Assembly: GCA_035513295.1 (NCBI GenBank)
Contig: DATKCH010000103.1
Coordinates: 2,852 to 66,851 of the forward strand
Direction: 5' to 3'
DNA from: Longimicrobiales bacterium
Lineage (GTDB): Bacteria; Gemmatimonadota; Gemmatimonadetes; Longimicrobiales; RSA9
DNA: 64,000 nt
In this document: positions 40,289 to 48,128 of the stretch, piece by piece
How the letters are laid out: each line of letters starts with the position of its first letter
Numbering within the stretch: position 1 is the first letter of the stretch
Notes under the pieces: generated by a model
What the model saw: only the letters and a program-made list of their open reading frames with translations
Told to the model about the DNA's origin: nothing
Database searches by the model: none
Program-made: the position numbers and the translations under genes

Positions 40289-40966
40289 TTAGAAGCTGTA
40301 CGATACATGATGCCGTTCTCTGGTCGGCGTTCGAATCAGATTTGAATTTCGAATCAGATTTGAATACAGAACCCAGGCGGACACGCCCGTCGCCACCGCG
40401 AGCACGAACGCGGCGACCCCCAGCCGGCTAGGATCGATCGCCGCGAGGCCGCGCCCGAACGCGCCCAACCAGCCCGCCGCGCGTGTCGCCGCGAGTTGCT
40501 CCATGATCCATGGCGCGGCGACCGCGATGGCCGACTCGACGCGTTGGGTCGCGAAGATCCAAAGCGCCTGGGCGGACAGGTTCGGGTGCGTCACCAGCCA
40601 CGCCAGCGCCGCCCCCACCGTCACGACGGGCAGGCCCGTGAACGTGGCGGCCAGCGCCCAGCGCAGCCGCTTGCCGGGTACGAGGCCCCGCAGTCGATCC
40701 GCGAACGGGACGCCGTCCGGCACGACGGCCGGGGCCGGGGCCACCCGCACGCGCGCCATGACCCGGTCCGCGAACGCCGTGCTCGGCGCCAGGCGCGGCA
40801 GGTCGGCGAGCGCGGCGAACAGCAGCCGGAACTCCGCGACCTCCGCGCCGCACGGCCCGCACGTCTCGACATGCGAGGCCACGGTCGCGCGGTCAGCTTC
40901 CGGCAGGCTGCCGGCGGCCAGCGCTTCCAGTGCTTCCGGTTCTGGATGGTACATGTCTTCGTTCAC
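40289..40966 (-). CDS. anti-sigma factor (zf-HC2 type), membrane-anchored
   Basis: The N-terminal H-x3-C-x2-C motif (SHVETCGPCGAE) lies directly downstream of an ECF sigma gene, and there are TM segments. The last ~25 codons run through an AT-rich tandem repeat with aberrant codon usage, so the real C-terminus is uncertain. Confidence 0.75.
   Translation of the reverse strand: MNEDMYHPEPEALEALAAGSLPEADRATVASHVETCGPCGAEVAEFRLLFAALADLPRLAPSTAFADRVMARVRVAPAPAVVPDGVPFADRLRGLVPGKRLRWALAATFTGLPVVTVGAALAWLVTHPNLSAQALWIFATQRVESAIAVAAPWIMEQLAATRAAGWLGAFGRGLAAIDPSRLGVAAFVLAVATGVSAWVLYSNLIRNSNLIRTPTRERHHVSYSF
40330..40365. repeat. perfect tandem duplication of the 18-bp AT-rich unit TTCGAATCAGATTTGAAT
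   Basis: 40330-40347 and 40348-40365 are identical. The unit is 5/18 G+C in a roughly 70% GC genome, and each unit is an imperfect dyad (TTCGAATC-A-GATTTGAA). Confidence 0.9.
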
Positions 40967-41061
40967 GCTCGTTCGCTCCCCGTCCTTCCGGGTTCGCCTT
41001 CTCTACGGGCTGTCACCCGCGCCGGTTTCACGATGCGGGCCGCCGCGTTCGGGCGCGTCGA

Positions 41062-41658
41062 TCACTCCTGCATGGTCGATCCGAGTAGCGACCGCAATTC
41101 CTTGCGAGCGCGATGGATATAGGTCTTCACGGTGCCCAGCGGAACGTCCATGATCTCGGCGATCTCCTCGTACGGACGATCCTCCATGTGCCAGAGGATG
41201 ATCGCGATGCGGTACTCGGGCCGCAGCTCGCCGAGCGCGTTTTCCAACTCTTCGCCCAGTTCCAGCCGCTCGACGTACTCCTGCGGGCTCTCGTCGCGCG
41301 CCACCGCAGTCGGGCTCCAGCCCTCCGCCGCCTCGGCGACGCTGCGCGCGTGCGGGGAGCCGTCCAGGGACACCGTGTCGAGGCTGCGCTTCCTGAGCGC
41401 GTCGATCGCGGTGTTATTGGCGATCTTGAAGATCCAGGAGCTGAACTTGTACGACGAGTCGTATCGATCGATGGCGTTCAGGACCTTGATGAAGGTTTCC
41501 TGCGCCAGATCCTCCGCGCCCTCGCGGTCCCGCACCAGCCGGTAGATCAACGAGAAGACGGGCCGCTCGTAGCGCGCGATGAGCTCGCGGTAGGCGCGCT
41601 CGTGCCCCTGAGCCGCCCGTGCGACGACTTCCTGGTCGGACAGCGTGCCGAAATCCAC
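41062..41658 (-). CDS. ECF-type RNA polymerase sigma factor (sigma-70 family, group 4)
   Basis: Region 2 (FSLIYRLVRDREGAEDLAQETFIKV..., FSSWIFKIANNTAIDALR) and region 4 (YEEIAEIMDVPLGTVKTYIHRARKEL). GTG start. Confidence 0.9.
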   Translation of the reverse strand: MDFGTLSDQEVVARAAQGHERAYRELIARYERPVFSLIYRLVRDREGAEDLAQETFIKVLNAIDRYDSSYKFSSWIFKIANNTAIDALRKRSLDTVSLDGSPHARSVAEAAEGWSPTAVARDESPQEYVERLELGEELENALGELRPEYRIAIILWHMEDRPYEEIAEIMDVPLGTVKTYIHRARKELRSLLGSTMQE

Positions 41659-41785
41659 TAGGGCGCCATGCGCGGGGAGGAGGGCGGCCGCGAGCGGGAG
41701 TCTTGCACCGTGGTCGTCGCGTTTCCGGTTCGCGGGGGCCCGGACCGTCGCGGCCGCACTCCCCTTTTTCTCGGCGACCTGCTAG
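41658..41785. repeat. 128-bp CTAG-bounded palindromic element related to 10626-10978
   Basis: The 3-prime arm CGCGGCCGCACTCCCCTTTTTCTCGGCGACCTGCTAG (41749-41785) closely matches both arms of the larger element. The 5-prime arm shares GCGGCCGCGAGC (41684-41695). Arms pair via GCGGCCGCG/CGCGGCCGC, GGGGAG/CTCCCC and CTAG/CTAG. Confidence 0.6.
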
Positions 41786-41888
41786 TGTAGGCGCCGCTGG
41801 CCGGTGCCGCGGGTCCGCTCCGCCCGGTCGCCCCGACGCTAACCCAAGGCATGACAGCACGCTACCCTCCGGACGCGCCGTACGGCGC

Positions 41889-42737
41889 ATGAGCGCACCC
41901 GGTCGCGTCGGCCCGCTCGGTCCCGCCAGTGGCTCGGAGGACACCGCGGACGGGGCGCGGGTCCCGCCGGCCCCACAGCCATCCGACTCCACAGCCAAAG
42001 CGACCGCGGTGCGGCGCATGTTCTCCGACATCGCTCCCCGCTACGACCTGCTCAACCACCTCCTGAGCCTCAACGTCGACCGACTCTGGCGCAGGTCCGC
42101 GGCCCGAGCGTTGGTCGCGGGCGCGCCGCCGCGACGGGTGCTGGACTCGTGCGCGGGTACGCTCGACCTGGCGATCGCGATCGCCGGACTTCTGGGGGAC
42201 GACGCGAGCGTCGTCGCGGCGGACTTCGCGGTCCCGATGCTGGAGCTGGGAAGGCCCAAGATCGGCGCGGCCCGCATCGCCGAGGTGGCGGCCGACGGCC
42301 TCCGGCTGCCGTTCCCCGACGGGGTCTTCGACGGCGCGAGCGTCGCCTTCGGCGTGCGCAACCTGGCCGACCCCGCCGCGGGACTGAGGGAGCTCGCGCG
42401 CGTGCTGGAACCCGGCGGACGCCTGGTAGTGCTGGAGTTTTCGACTCCCACGTTCGCGCCCTTCAGGGCCGCGTATCGGCTGTATTTCCACCGCGTCCTT
42501 CCGTGGCTGGGCGCGCTGCTGTCAAGGCACGACGAGGCCTACACGTATCTGCCCGCGTCCGTGGACGAGTTTCCCCAGCCCACGGAGTTCGCCGCGCTGA
42601 TGTGCACTGCGGGCTTCGCGCGGGTGCGCTGGCGTCGCCTGACCGGCGGCATCGCGACCCTGCACCTGGGAGAGACACAGCCACTCCGGCGCGGACGCCC
42701 CGGTGCGGGCCCCGCAAGCCCGGAGGCGCAGCCATGA
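41889..42737 (+). CDS. ubiE: demethylmenaquinone/ubiquinone C-methyltransferase UbiE/MenG
   Basis: VRRMFSDIAPRYDLLNHLLSL, the SAM motif VLDSCAGTLDL, and FGVRNLAD, LEFS, YLPASV. The start is uncertain; ATG 41889 was chosen. Confidence 0.88.
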   Translation: MSAPGRVGPLGPASGSEDTADGARVPPAPQPSDSTAKATAVRRMFSDIAPRYDLLNHLLSLNVDRLWRRSAARALVAGAPPRRVLDSCAGTLDLAIAIAGLLGDDASVVAADFAVPMLELGRPKIGAARIAEVAADGLRLPFPDGVFDGASVAFGVRNLADPAAGLRELARVLEPGGRLVVLEFSTPTFAPFRAAYRLYFHRVLPWLGALLSRHDEAYTYLPASVDEFPQPTEFAALMCTAGFARVRWRRLTGGIATLHLGETQPLRRGRPGAGPASPEAQP

Positions 42738-43192
42738 TGAAAGAGTTCAGGGAGTTCATCGCGCGCGGCAACGTGGTGGACATGGCGGTCGGGATCGCTG
42801 TCGGCGCGGCGTTCGGAGCGATCGCGAAGTCGCTCGTGGACGACGTGATCATGCCGGTCGTCGGGCTCGTGCTCAGCGGAGTGGAGTTCTCGGACCTCTT
42901 CGCCGTCCTCCGGGCCGGGGATCCCGGCCCGCCCTACGCTACGCTGGAAGCCGCGCAGGAAGCCGGCGCCGTGACGGTCAACTACGGGCTGTTCGTCAAC
43001 TCGATCATCACCTTCCTGATCATCGCCTTCGCGATCTTCCTGATGGTCCGCGCCATCAATCGCATTCGCCGGCAGGAGGCCGCGACGCCTGCGCCCACGG
43101 AGAAGGACTGCCCGTTCTGCGCGACCCCGATCCCGATCCCAGCCACGCGCTGCCCCCACTGCACGTCACAGTTGCAGACGGCCTCCGGATAG
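42734..43192 (+). CDS. mscL: large-conductance mechanosensitive channel MscL with a C-terminal CxxC-x11-CxxC tail
   Basis: MMKEFREFIARGNVVDMAVGIAVGAAFGAI..VDDVIMP and GLFVNSIITFLIIAFAIFL motifs. The tail is CPFCATPIPIPATRCPHC. ATGA overlap with the ubiE stop. Confidence 0.92.
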   Translation: MMKEFREFIARGNVVDMAVGIAVGAAFGAIAKSLVDDVIMPVVGLVLSGVEFSDLFAVLRAGDPGPPYATLEAAQEAGAVTVNYGLFVNSIITFLIIAFAIFLMVRAINRIRRQEAATPAPTEKDCPFCATPIPIPATRCPHCTSQLQTASG

Positions 43193-44136
43193 TGCGAAAC
43201 CCCGGAGGCTCCCCCGCGGCGGTGCGCTGCCGCGGCCTGGTCAAGCGGTACGGCGAGCTCGTCGCGGTGGACGGGCTGGATCTGGACGTGGCCGCGGGCG
43301 AGTGCTTCGGATTGCTGGGGCCCAACGGCGCGGGGAAGACCACGACGGTGGAGGTGCTGGAGGGCCTGCTCGAGCCCGACGAAGGCGAGATCGAGATCCT
43401 CGGCATGCGATGGAGCTCCCACGAGAGGGAGCTGCGCCGCTCGATCGGCATCCAGCTCCAGGACACCCGCCTGCCCGACAAGCTCACCGTCGCCGAGACG
43501 ATTCGCCTGTTTCGAAGCTTCTACCCCGGGGGCCCCGACGTCGACGACGTCATCGCGCGCGTGCAGCTGCAGGAGAAGCGGGACGCCTGGGTGCGCAAAC
43601 TCTCGGGGGGGCAGCGGCAGCGCCTCGCGGTCGCGTGCGCGCTGGTGGGGTCCCCGCGCATCCTGTTCCTCGACGAGCCGACCACCGGGCTCGATCCCCA
43701 GAGCCGCCGAGCCCTATGGGGCCTGGTCGAGGACTTCCGCGGCGCCGGTGGCACCGTCGTACTGACGACGCACTACATGGACGAGGCAGCGCGCCTGTGC
43801 GACCGACTCGCGATCATCGACCACGGCAGGGTCATCGCGCAGGGATCGCCGCGCGACCTCGTGGCCTCGCTCGGCGCCGAGCAGGTGGTGGAGTTCTCGT
43901 TGGCGTCGGGCGAGGCCCCTCCGGAGCACGAGCTGGCGGCGCTCCCGGGCGTTTCGGGTGTGCGCGGCAACGGCGCCAGCTGGGCGCTGACGGTGCACGC
44001 CGTCCACGTGACCGTACCCGCTCTGCTCGCGCGCCTCGCGCGGGAGGGGTCGGACCTCGCGCGGCTGGCCACGCACGACGCGACGCTGGAGGACGTGTTC
44101 GTGCACCTGACCGGGCGGAGCCTGCGCGATGCGTAG
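43192..44136 (+). CDS. ABC transporter ATP-binding protein (ABC-2/DrrA-like)
   Basis: Walker A GPNGAGKTT, signature LSGGQRQRLAVA, Walker B LFLDEPTTGLD. GTG start with a 1-nt overlap with the mscL stop. Confidence 0.88.
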   Translation: MRNPGGSPAAVRCRGLVKRYGELVAVDGLDLDVAAGECFGLLGPNGAGKTTTVEVLEGLLEPDEGEIEILGMRWSSHERELRRSIGIQLQDTRLPDKLTVAETIRLFRSFYPGGPDVDDVIARVQLQEKRDAWVRKLSGGQRQRLAVACALVGSPRILFLDEPTTGLDPQSRRALWGLVEDFRGAGGTVVLTTHYMDEAARLCDRLAIIDHGRVIAQGSPRDLVASLGAEQVVEFSLASGEAPPEHELAALPGVSGVRGNGASWALTVHAVHVTVPALLARLAREGSDLARLATHDATLEDVFVHLTGRSLRDA

Positions 44137-45160
44137 CTCGCTGTGGCAGCTCACGCTCACCCGGCTGCGGGAGTTCGTGCGCGAACCGGAGGCCGTGTTC
44201 TGGACCTTCGTGTTCCCGATCGTCCTCGCGCTCCTGCTGGGGTTCGCGTTCTCGAGCCGGGGAGACCAGGACGTGCACGTCGGCGTGCGGGACGGCGCGG
44301 GCGCGGCGGCGGTGGTCGCCGCCCTGGAGGACGTCGCGGGAGTGCGCGTGCGGCTGCTGGACGAGGAGGAGTCCGCCGCGGCGCTCCGGCGCGGACGCGT
44401 GGCCCTCGTCGTCGTGCCCGGCGCCGCAGGCGTCACGTACCGGCAGGACCCGACGGCGCCCGGGGCGCGCGAGGCCAGGCTCGTCGTCGACGACGCGCTC
44501 CAGCGCGGCGCCGGCCGGCGCGACCCCGTGCGGGCCAGCCTGGAGCGCGTAGAAGAGCGGGGATCGCGCTACATCGACTTCCTGATTCCGGGCCTCATCG
44601 GGCTCAATCTCCTGAGCACGGGTCTGTGGGGCGTCGGCTACACCGTCGTACGGATGCGCGCCGGACACCTCCTCAAGCGGTACATGGCGACGCCCATGAG
44701 ACGCTGGGAGTTCATGGCGTCGTTCCTGCTCGGGCGCCTCGTGTTCCTGGCGGTGGAGATCGCCGCGATCCTGCTGTTCGCGCGGCTGGTCTTCGGCGTC
44801 GAGGTGCGCGGCAGCCTGGCGTTGGTCGCCGCATTCGGGGTGCTCGGGGCGATCGTGTTCACATCGTTCGGCCTGCTGGTAGCCAGCCGCGCCCGGACCA
44901 CCGAGGGCATCGCCGGCATCATGAACCTGGTCGCGGTCCCGATGTGGATCCTGTCCGGGGTCTTCTTCAGCTACGAGCGCTTCCCGGATTGGACCCACGG
45001 CGCGATCCGTGCATTGCCGTTGACCCCCCTGGTGGACGGGCTGCGGGCCGTGATCAACGAGGGCGCGACGGCCCTGGATACCGCTCCGGCGATCGCCGTC
45101 CTGGGCGCCTGGGGGTTGGTCGCGTTCGGTTCCTCGATGCTGCTCTTCCGGTGGCGTTAG
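44129..45160 (+). CDS. ABC-2 type transporter permease
   Basis: 343 aa with six hydrophobic helices. The N-terminal REFVREPEAVFWTFVFP is typical of ABC-2 permeases. It overlaps the ATPase gene by 8 nt. Confidence 0.8.
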   Translation: MRSSLWQLTLTRLREFVREPEAVFWTFVFPIVLALLLGFAFSSRGDQDVHVGVRDGAGAAAVVAALEDVAGVRVRLLDEEESAAALRRGRVALVVVPGAAGVTYRQDPTAPGAREARLVVDDALQRGAGRRDPVRASLERVEERGSRYIDFLIPGLIGLNLLSTGLWGVGYTVVRMRAGHLLKRYMATPMRRWEFMASFLLGRLVFLAVEIAAILLFARLVFGVEVRGSLALVAAFGVLGAIVFTSFGLLVASRARTTEGIAGIMNLVAVPMWILSGVFFSYERFPDWTHGAIRALPLTPLVDGLRAVINEGATALDTAPAIAVLGAWGLVAFGSSMLLFRWR

Positions 45161-45168
45161 CGGGGCAA

Positions 45169-45639
45169 ATGACGAAGATCGGAATCATCAGCGACACCCA
45201 CGGGAGGATTCCGGCGCGGGCGCTCGAAGCGCTGCGGGGCGTCGACCGGATCCTGCACGCCGGCGACATCGGCGACCCGGGCCTGCTCGCCGAGCTGGAG
45301 GCCGTGGCGCCGGTGACGGCGGTCCACGGCAACATGGACGGCCCCGAGCTGCGCGATACGGTGCCCGCCGAGGCGGTGATCGAAACCGACGGCCGCACCA
45401 TCGTGCTCATGCACGGCGACGCCCTGCGCGACCAGAGCGTCGCGACGTTCCGCGCGGCGCGCCCCGAGGCGGACATGGTCGTGCACGGGCACACGCACCG
45501 GGTCCGGGTCGAACGCGACGAGCTCCCGTGGGTGGTGAATCCGGGATCGGCCGGGGACCCCCGAAAGGGTGACCCGCCCACCGTCGCGATCGTGCGCATC
45601 GAAGATGGCGAGATGGAGGTCGACATCGTCGCGCTGTAA
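45169..45639 (+). CDS. YfcE/MJ0936-family metallophosphoesterase
   Basis: IGIISDTHG, HAGD, GNMD, HGHTH and NPGS motifs in the canonical order. Confidence 0.88.
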   Translation: MTKIGIISDTHGRIPARALEALRGVDRILHAGDIGDPGLLAELEAVAPVTAVHGNMDGPELRDTVPAEAVIETDGRTIVLMHGDALRDQSVATFRAARPEADMVVHGHTHRVRVERDELPWVVNPGSAGDPRKGDPPTVAIVRIEDGEMEVDIVAL

Positions 45640-45789
45640 GCGAGCCCGCCGCGCGCCGGACGGCGCCGTGAAACCAGCACGCGAGCGCGCCGTAGTGTGG
45701 AGCGAGAAAGAGGATCGCGCCCCTCGGCAGGGGTTGTTCGACAAGATCCCCGCGCGCCCGGTGGGGTCGTGGCGGGAGGAGAGACCGAC

Positions 45790-45993
45790 ATGGCAATGAG
45801 AGCCGTCGCAATCGGAGGTACGGCGATCCTGGCGATCGTTGGACTCAAGATCGTCATGGCGCTGCTCGGGATGGTCGTGGGGCTGCTCAGCTTCGTGGTC
45901 TTCACCGTCCTGCCGCTCGCGCTCATCGGCTACCTGATCTACAAGGTGTTCTGCTGGGCGCGTCCCAAGGACACGCTCGAGGAGGCGCCCTGA
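45790..45993 (+). CDS. small membrane protein (67 aa), hypothetical
   Basis: ATG ORF preceded by GGAGGAGAG. Two hydrophobic helices, high GC3, and followed by an intrinsic terminator. Confidence 0.45.
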   Translation: MAMRAVAIGGTAILAIVGLKIVMALLGMVVGLLSFVVFTVLPLALIGYLIYKVFCWARPKDTLEEAP

Positions 45994-46027
45994 CGGGTGC
46001 CGCGTGAAGGCGAGGCCCTGAAAGGCG

Positions 46028-46061
46028 GAGGGGCCGGCCCGGCGGGGTCGGCCCCTCTTTT
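46028..46061 (+). terminator. Rho-independent terminator
   Basis: GAGGGGCCG (46028-46036) pairs with CGGCCCCTC (46049-46057) and is followed by TTTT (46058-46061). It lies between convergent genes. Confidence 0.65.
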
Positions 46062-46077
46062 CGCGTCCGGGCCCCGG

Positions 46078-47295
46078 TCAGTAGCGTGGCGCTTCGCCGG
46101 CGGAGGCGGTCAGGGCGGCCGCGGGTTTCGGGGCGCCGCTCGGCGCGCGCAGGCGGCCGCGCGGCGCGGAGCCGCGGAGGGGCTCGAGGCGCTCGCGCTC
46201 CTCGGGGTTGCGCTCGAACCAGCGCAGAACCAGCCGGAGCTCCGCCAGCCGCTCCGCGTCGAAGTCGTGGAGCGGGGGCAGCCGCTGGCGCGCGAGCCGG
46301 GCGACGCGCGCCCGCAGGCGACCTTCACCGGCGGCGTCCTGCGGGGCGGGCAGCTCCTCCGCGATCGTGCCGCGCACGAGCAGGTAGACGCGATCCTCGC
46401 CCCCGAACCCCGGCACCCGGTACACGACGGACAGCTCGCGGCTCTCGCGGCGCAGGATCCGGAGCTGGTCGCGCAGCTTGCGCAGGCGCTCGCGCCGATC
46501 CCGCAGCAGCGCGGCGTGCTCGAACATCATGCGCGCGGCGGCGCCGCGCATGCGCGCCTCGAGGTTCCGCAGCGGCGCGTCCGAGCGGCCTTCCAGGAAC
46601 GCCCGCGCCTCCTCCACGCGCGCCCGGTACTCCGCCTCCCCGCAGCCGCGCGCGCAGGGCGCGAGGCACCGGTCCAGCTCCGCGCGCACGCATTCCGGGT
46701 ACAGCGCCAGCTGGAAGAGCTCCGCCTGGTCGCGGTAGCGGGTGGGCGTGCTCGGCGGGCAGTCGCGCAGGCCGAGCAGGTCGGCGAGTTCGCGCGTCCC
46801 GCGGCGCACGGCGGCCCGCCCCCGCAGCGGCCCGTAGTAGGTGCCGCCGTCCGCCACCACCCTCGTCGTCACCGCCAGGCGCGGAGCCGCCTCGGGGGTC
46901 ACCTTGACGAAGGAGTAACCCGGGTCGCGGCGGTGCTGCACGTTGAGCGGCGGCTGCGCCTCGCGGATGAGGCGCATCTCGCGCAGCAGCGCTGCGAACT
47001 CGCTGGGCTGCGGCTCCCAGTCGATGCGCTCCGTCCTGCGCAGGACCTGCGCCGACTTTTCGCTCGTGCGACCGCGGAAATAGGACAGCAGCCGGCTCCG
47101 GACGCGCACCGACTTTCCCACGTATACGAGCGCGCCCTCGGCGTCGTACATCCGGTAGATCCCGGGGCGGTTCTCCGCGTCCGCCCTCACCTGCGCGCGC
47201 AGCCGTCGCAGCCGGCGCCCCATCGGGGTGCCGGAGGCAGCGCAGCCGAGCAGACGCGGATCCCCGTTCCGGGCCGTGACGCCGCGGCCGCTCAT
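46078..47295 (-). CDS. truncated UvrC/Cho-like protein (GIY-YIG nuclease plus UVR domain, lacking the UvrC C-terminal endonuclease/HhH half)
   Basis: GIYRMYDAEGALVYVGKS, EMRLIREAQPPLN, YYGP and a UVR-like LEARMRGAAARMMFEHAALLRDR. Only 405 aa. The ATG at 47295 overlaps the mutM stop (ATGA). Confidence 0.75.
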   Translation of the reverse strand: MSGRGVTARNGDPRLLGCAASGTPMGRRLRRLRAQVRADAENRPGIYRMYDAEGALVYVGKSVRVRSRLLSYFRGRTSEKSAQVLRRTERIDWEPQPSEFAALLREMRLIREAQPPLNVQHRRDPGYSFVKVTPEAAPRLAVTTRVVADGGTYYGPLRGRAAVRRGTRELADLLGLRDCPPSTPTRYRDQAELFQLALYPECVRAELDRCLAPCARGCGEAEYRARVEEARAFLEGRSDAPLRNLEARMRGAAARMMFEHAALLRDRRERLRKLRDQLRILRRESRELSVVYRVPGFGGEDRVYLLVRGTIAEELPAPQDAAGEGRLRARVARLARQRLPPLHDFDAERLAELRLVLRWFERNPEERERLEPLRGSAPRGRLRAPSGAPKPAAALTASAGEAPRY

Positions 47296-48113
47296 CGCTG
47301 GCACCGCGGGCAGTAGAAGGCCGACCGGTTGGTGAGCACCACGCGCTTGATCGGAGTGGAGCACGTCGGGCAGGGTTCGCCCTCCCTTCCGTAGACCGTG
47401 AGCCGGGGCTGGAACCCGCCGATCTGGCCGCCGCCGCCGAGGTAATCGCGCAGCGTCGTGCCGCGCGCCTCCACGGCCCGCCGCAGCACGTCGCGCAGGC
47501 CTATCCGGAGCGCGTCGGCTTCGCGTCGCCGGAGCGAGCGCGCGCCGCGCCGTGGGCGCACGCCCGCGAGAAACAGCGCCTCGTTCGCGTAGATGTTCCC
47601 GACTCCCGCCACGAAGCGCTGGTCGAGCAGCCGGTTCCGGATCGGTGTTCGCGAACGGCGCACCAGCTTCCAGAAGGCGTCCGGGGTGAAGCCCTCCGAA
47701 AGCGGTTCGAGCCCGAGCGACGCGTCGCGCACGGACCACGCCGACGGCTCCAGCACCTCGATCCGCCCGAATCTGCGGGTGTCGTCGAACAGCAGGTCGC
47801 GCCCGCCGTCCAGCGCGAAGCGGGCGGCGACGTGGTTCATCTGCCGGGCGTTCGGCGCGTCCGAGGTGATCAGCCGGCCGGTCATGCCGAGGTTGACCAG
47901 GACGCGGCCGCCGTCGTCCAGTTCGAACACGACGTTCTTGCCGCGGCGGCCGATCCGGGTCAGGCGCCGGCCGCGCAGTCGGCGTCCCAGGCGCGCGGGA
48001 TCGGTTCCGGCCAGGATGTCGGGGCGGAAGACCGATACGGAGCGTACGCGGGCTCCCTCGATGCGCTCGCGCAGGTCGGCGGCGATCGTCTCGGCCTCGG
48101 GGAGCTCGGGCAT
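47292..48113 (-). CDS. mutM: formamidopyrimidine-DNA glycosylase
   Basis: MPELPEAETI N-terminus, H2TH region (LLDQRFVAGVGNIYANEALF) and C-terminal zinc finger CPTC...CPRCQ. Confidence 0.93.
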   Translation of the reverse strand: MPELPEAETIAADLRERIEGARVRSVSVFRPDILAGTDPARLGRRLRGRRLTRIGRRGKNVVFELDDGGRVLVNLGMTGRLITSDAPNARQMNHVAARFALDGGRDLLFDDTRRFGRIEVLEPSAWSVRDASLGLEPLSEGFTPDAFWKLVRRSRTPIRNRLLDQRFVAGVGNIYANEALFLAGVRPRRGARSLRRREADALRIGLRDVLRRAVEARGTTLRDYLGGGGQIGGFQPRLTVYGREGEPCPTCSTPIKRVVLTNRSAFYCPRCQR

Positions 48114-48128
48114 GCCGCAGCGCTGGCG

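Noticed and set aside
40330-40365. The tandem repeat as a mini-CRISPR or other spaced-repeat array.
   Set aside because: There are only two directly abutting units with no spacers and no cas genes nearby.
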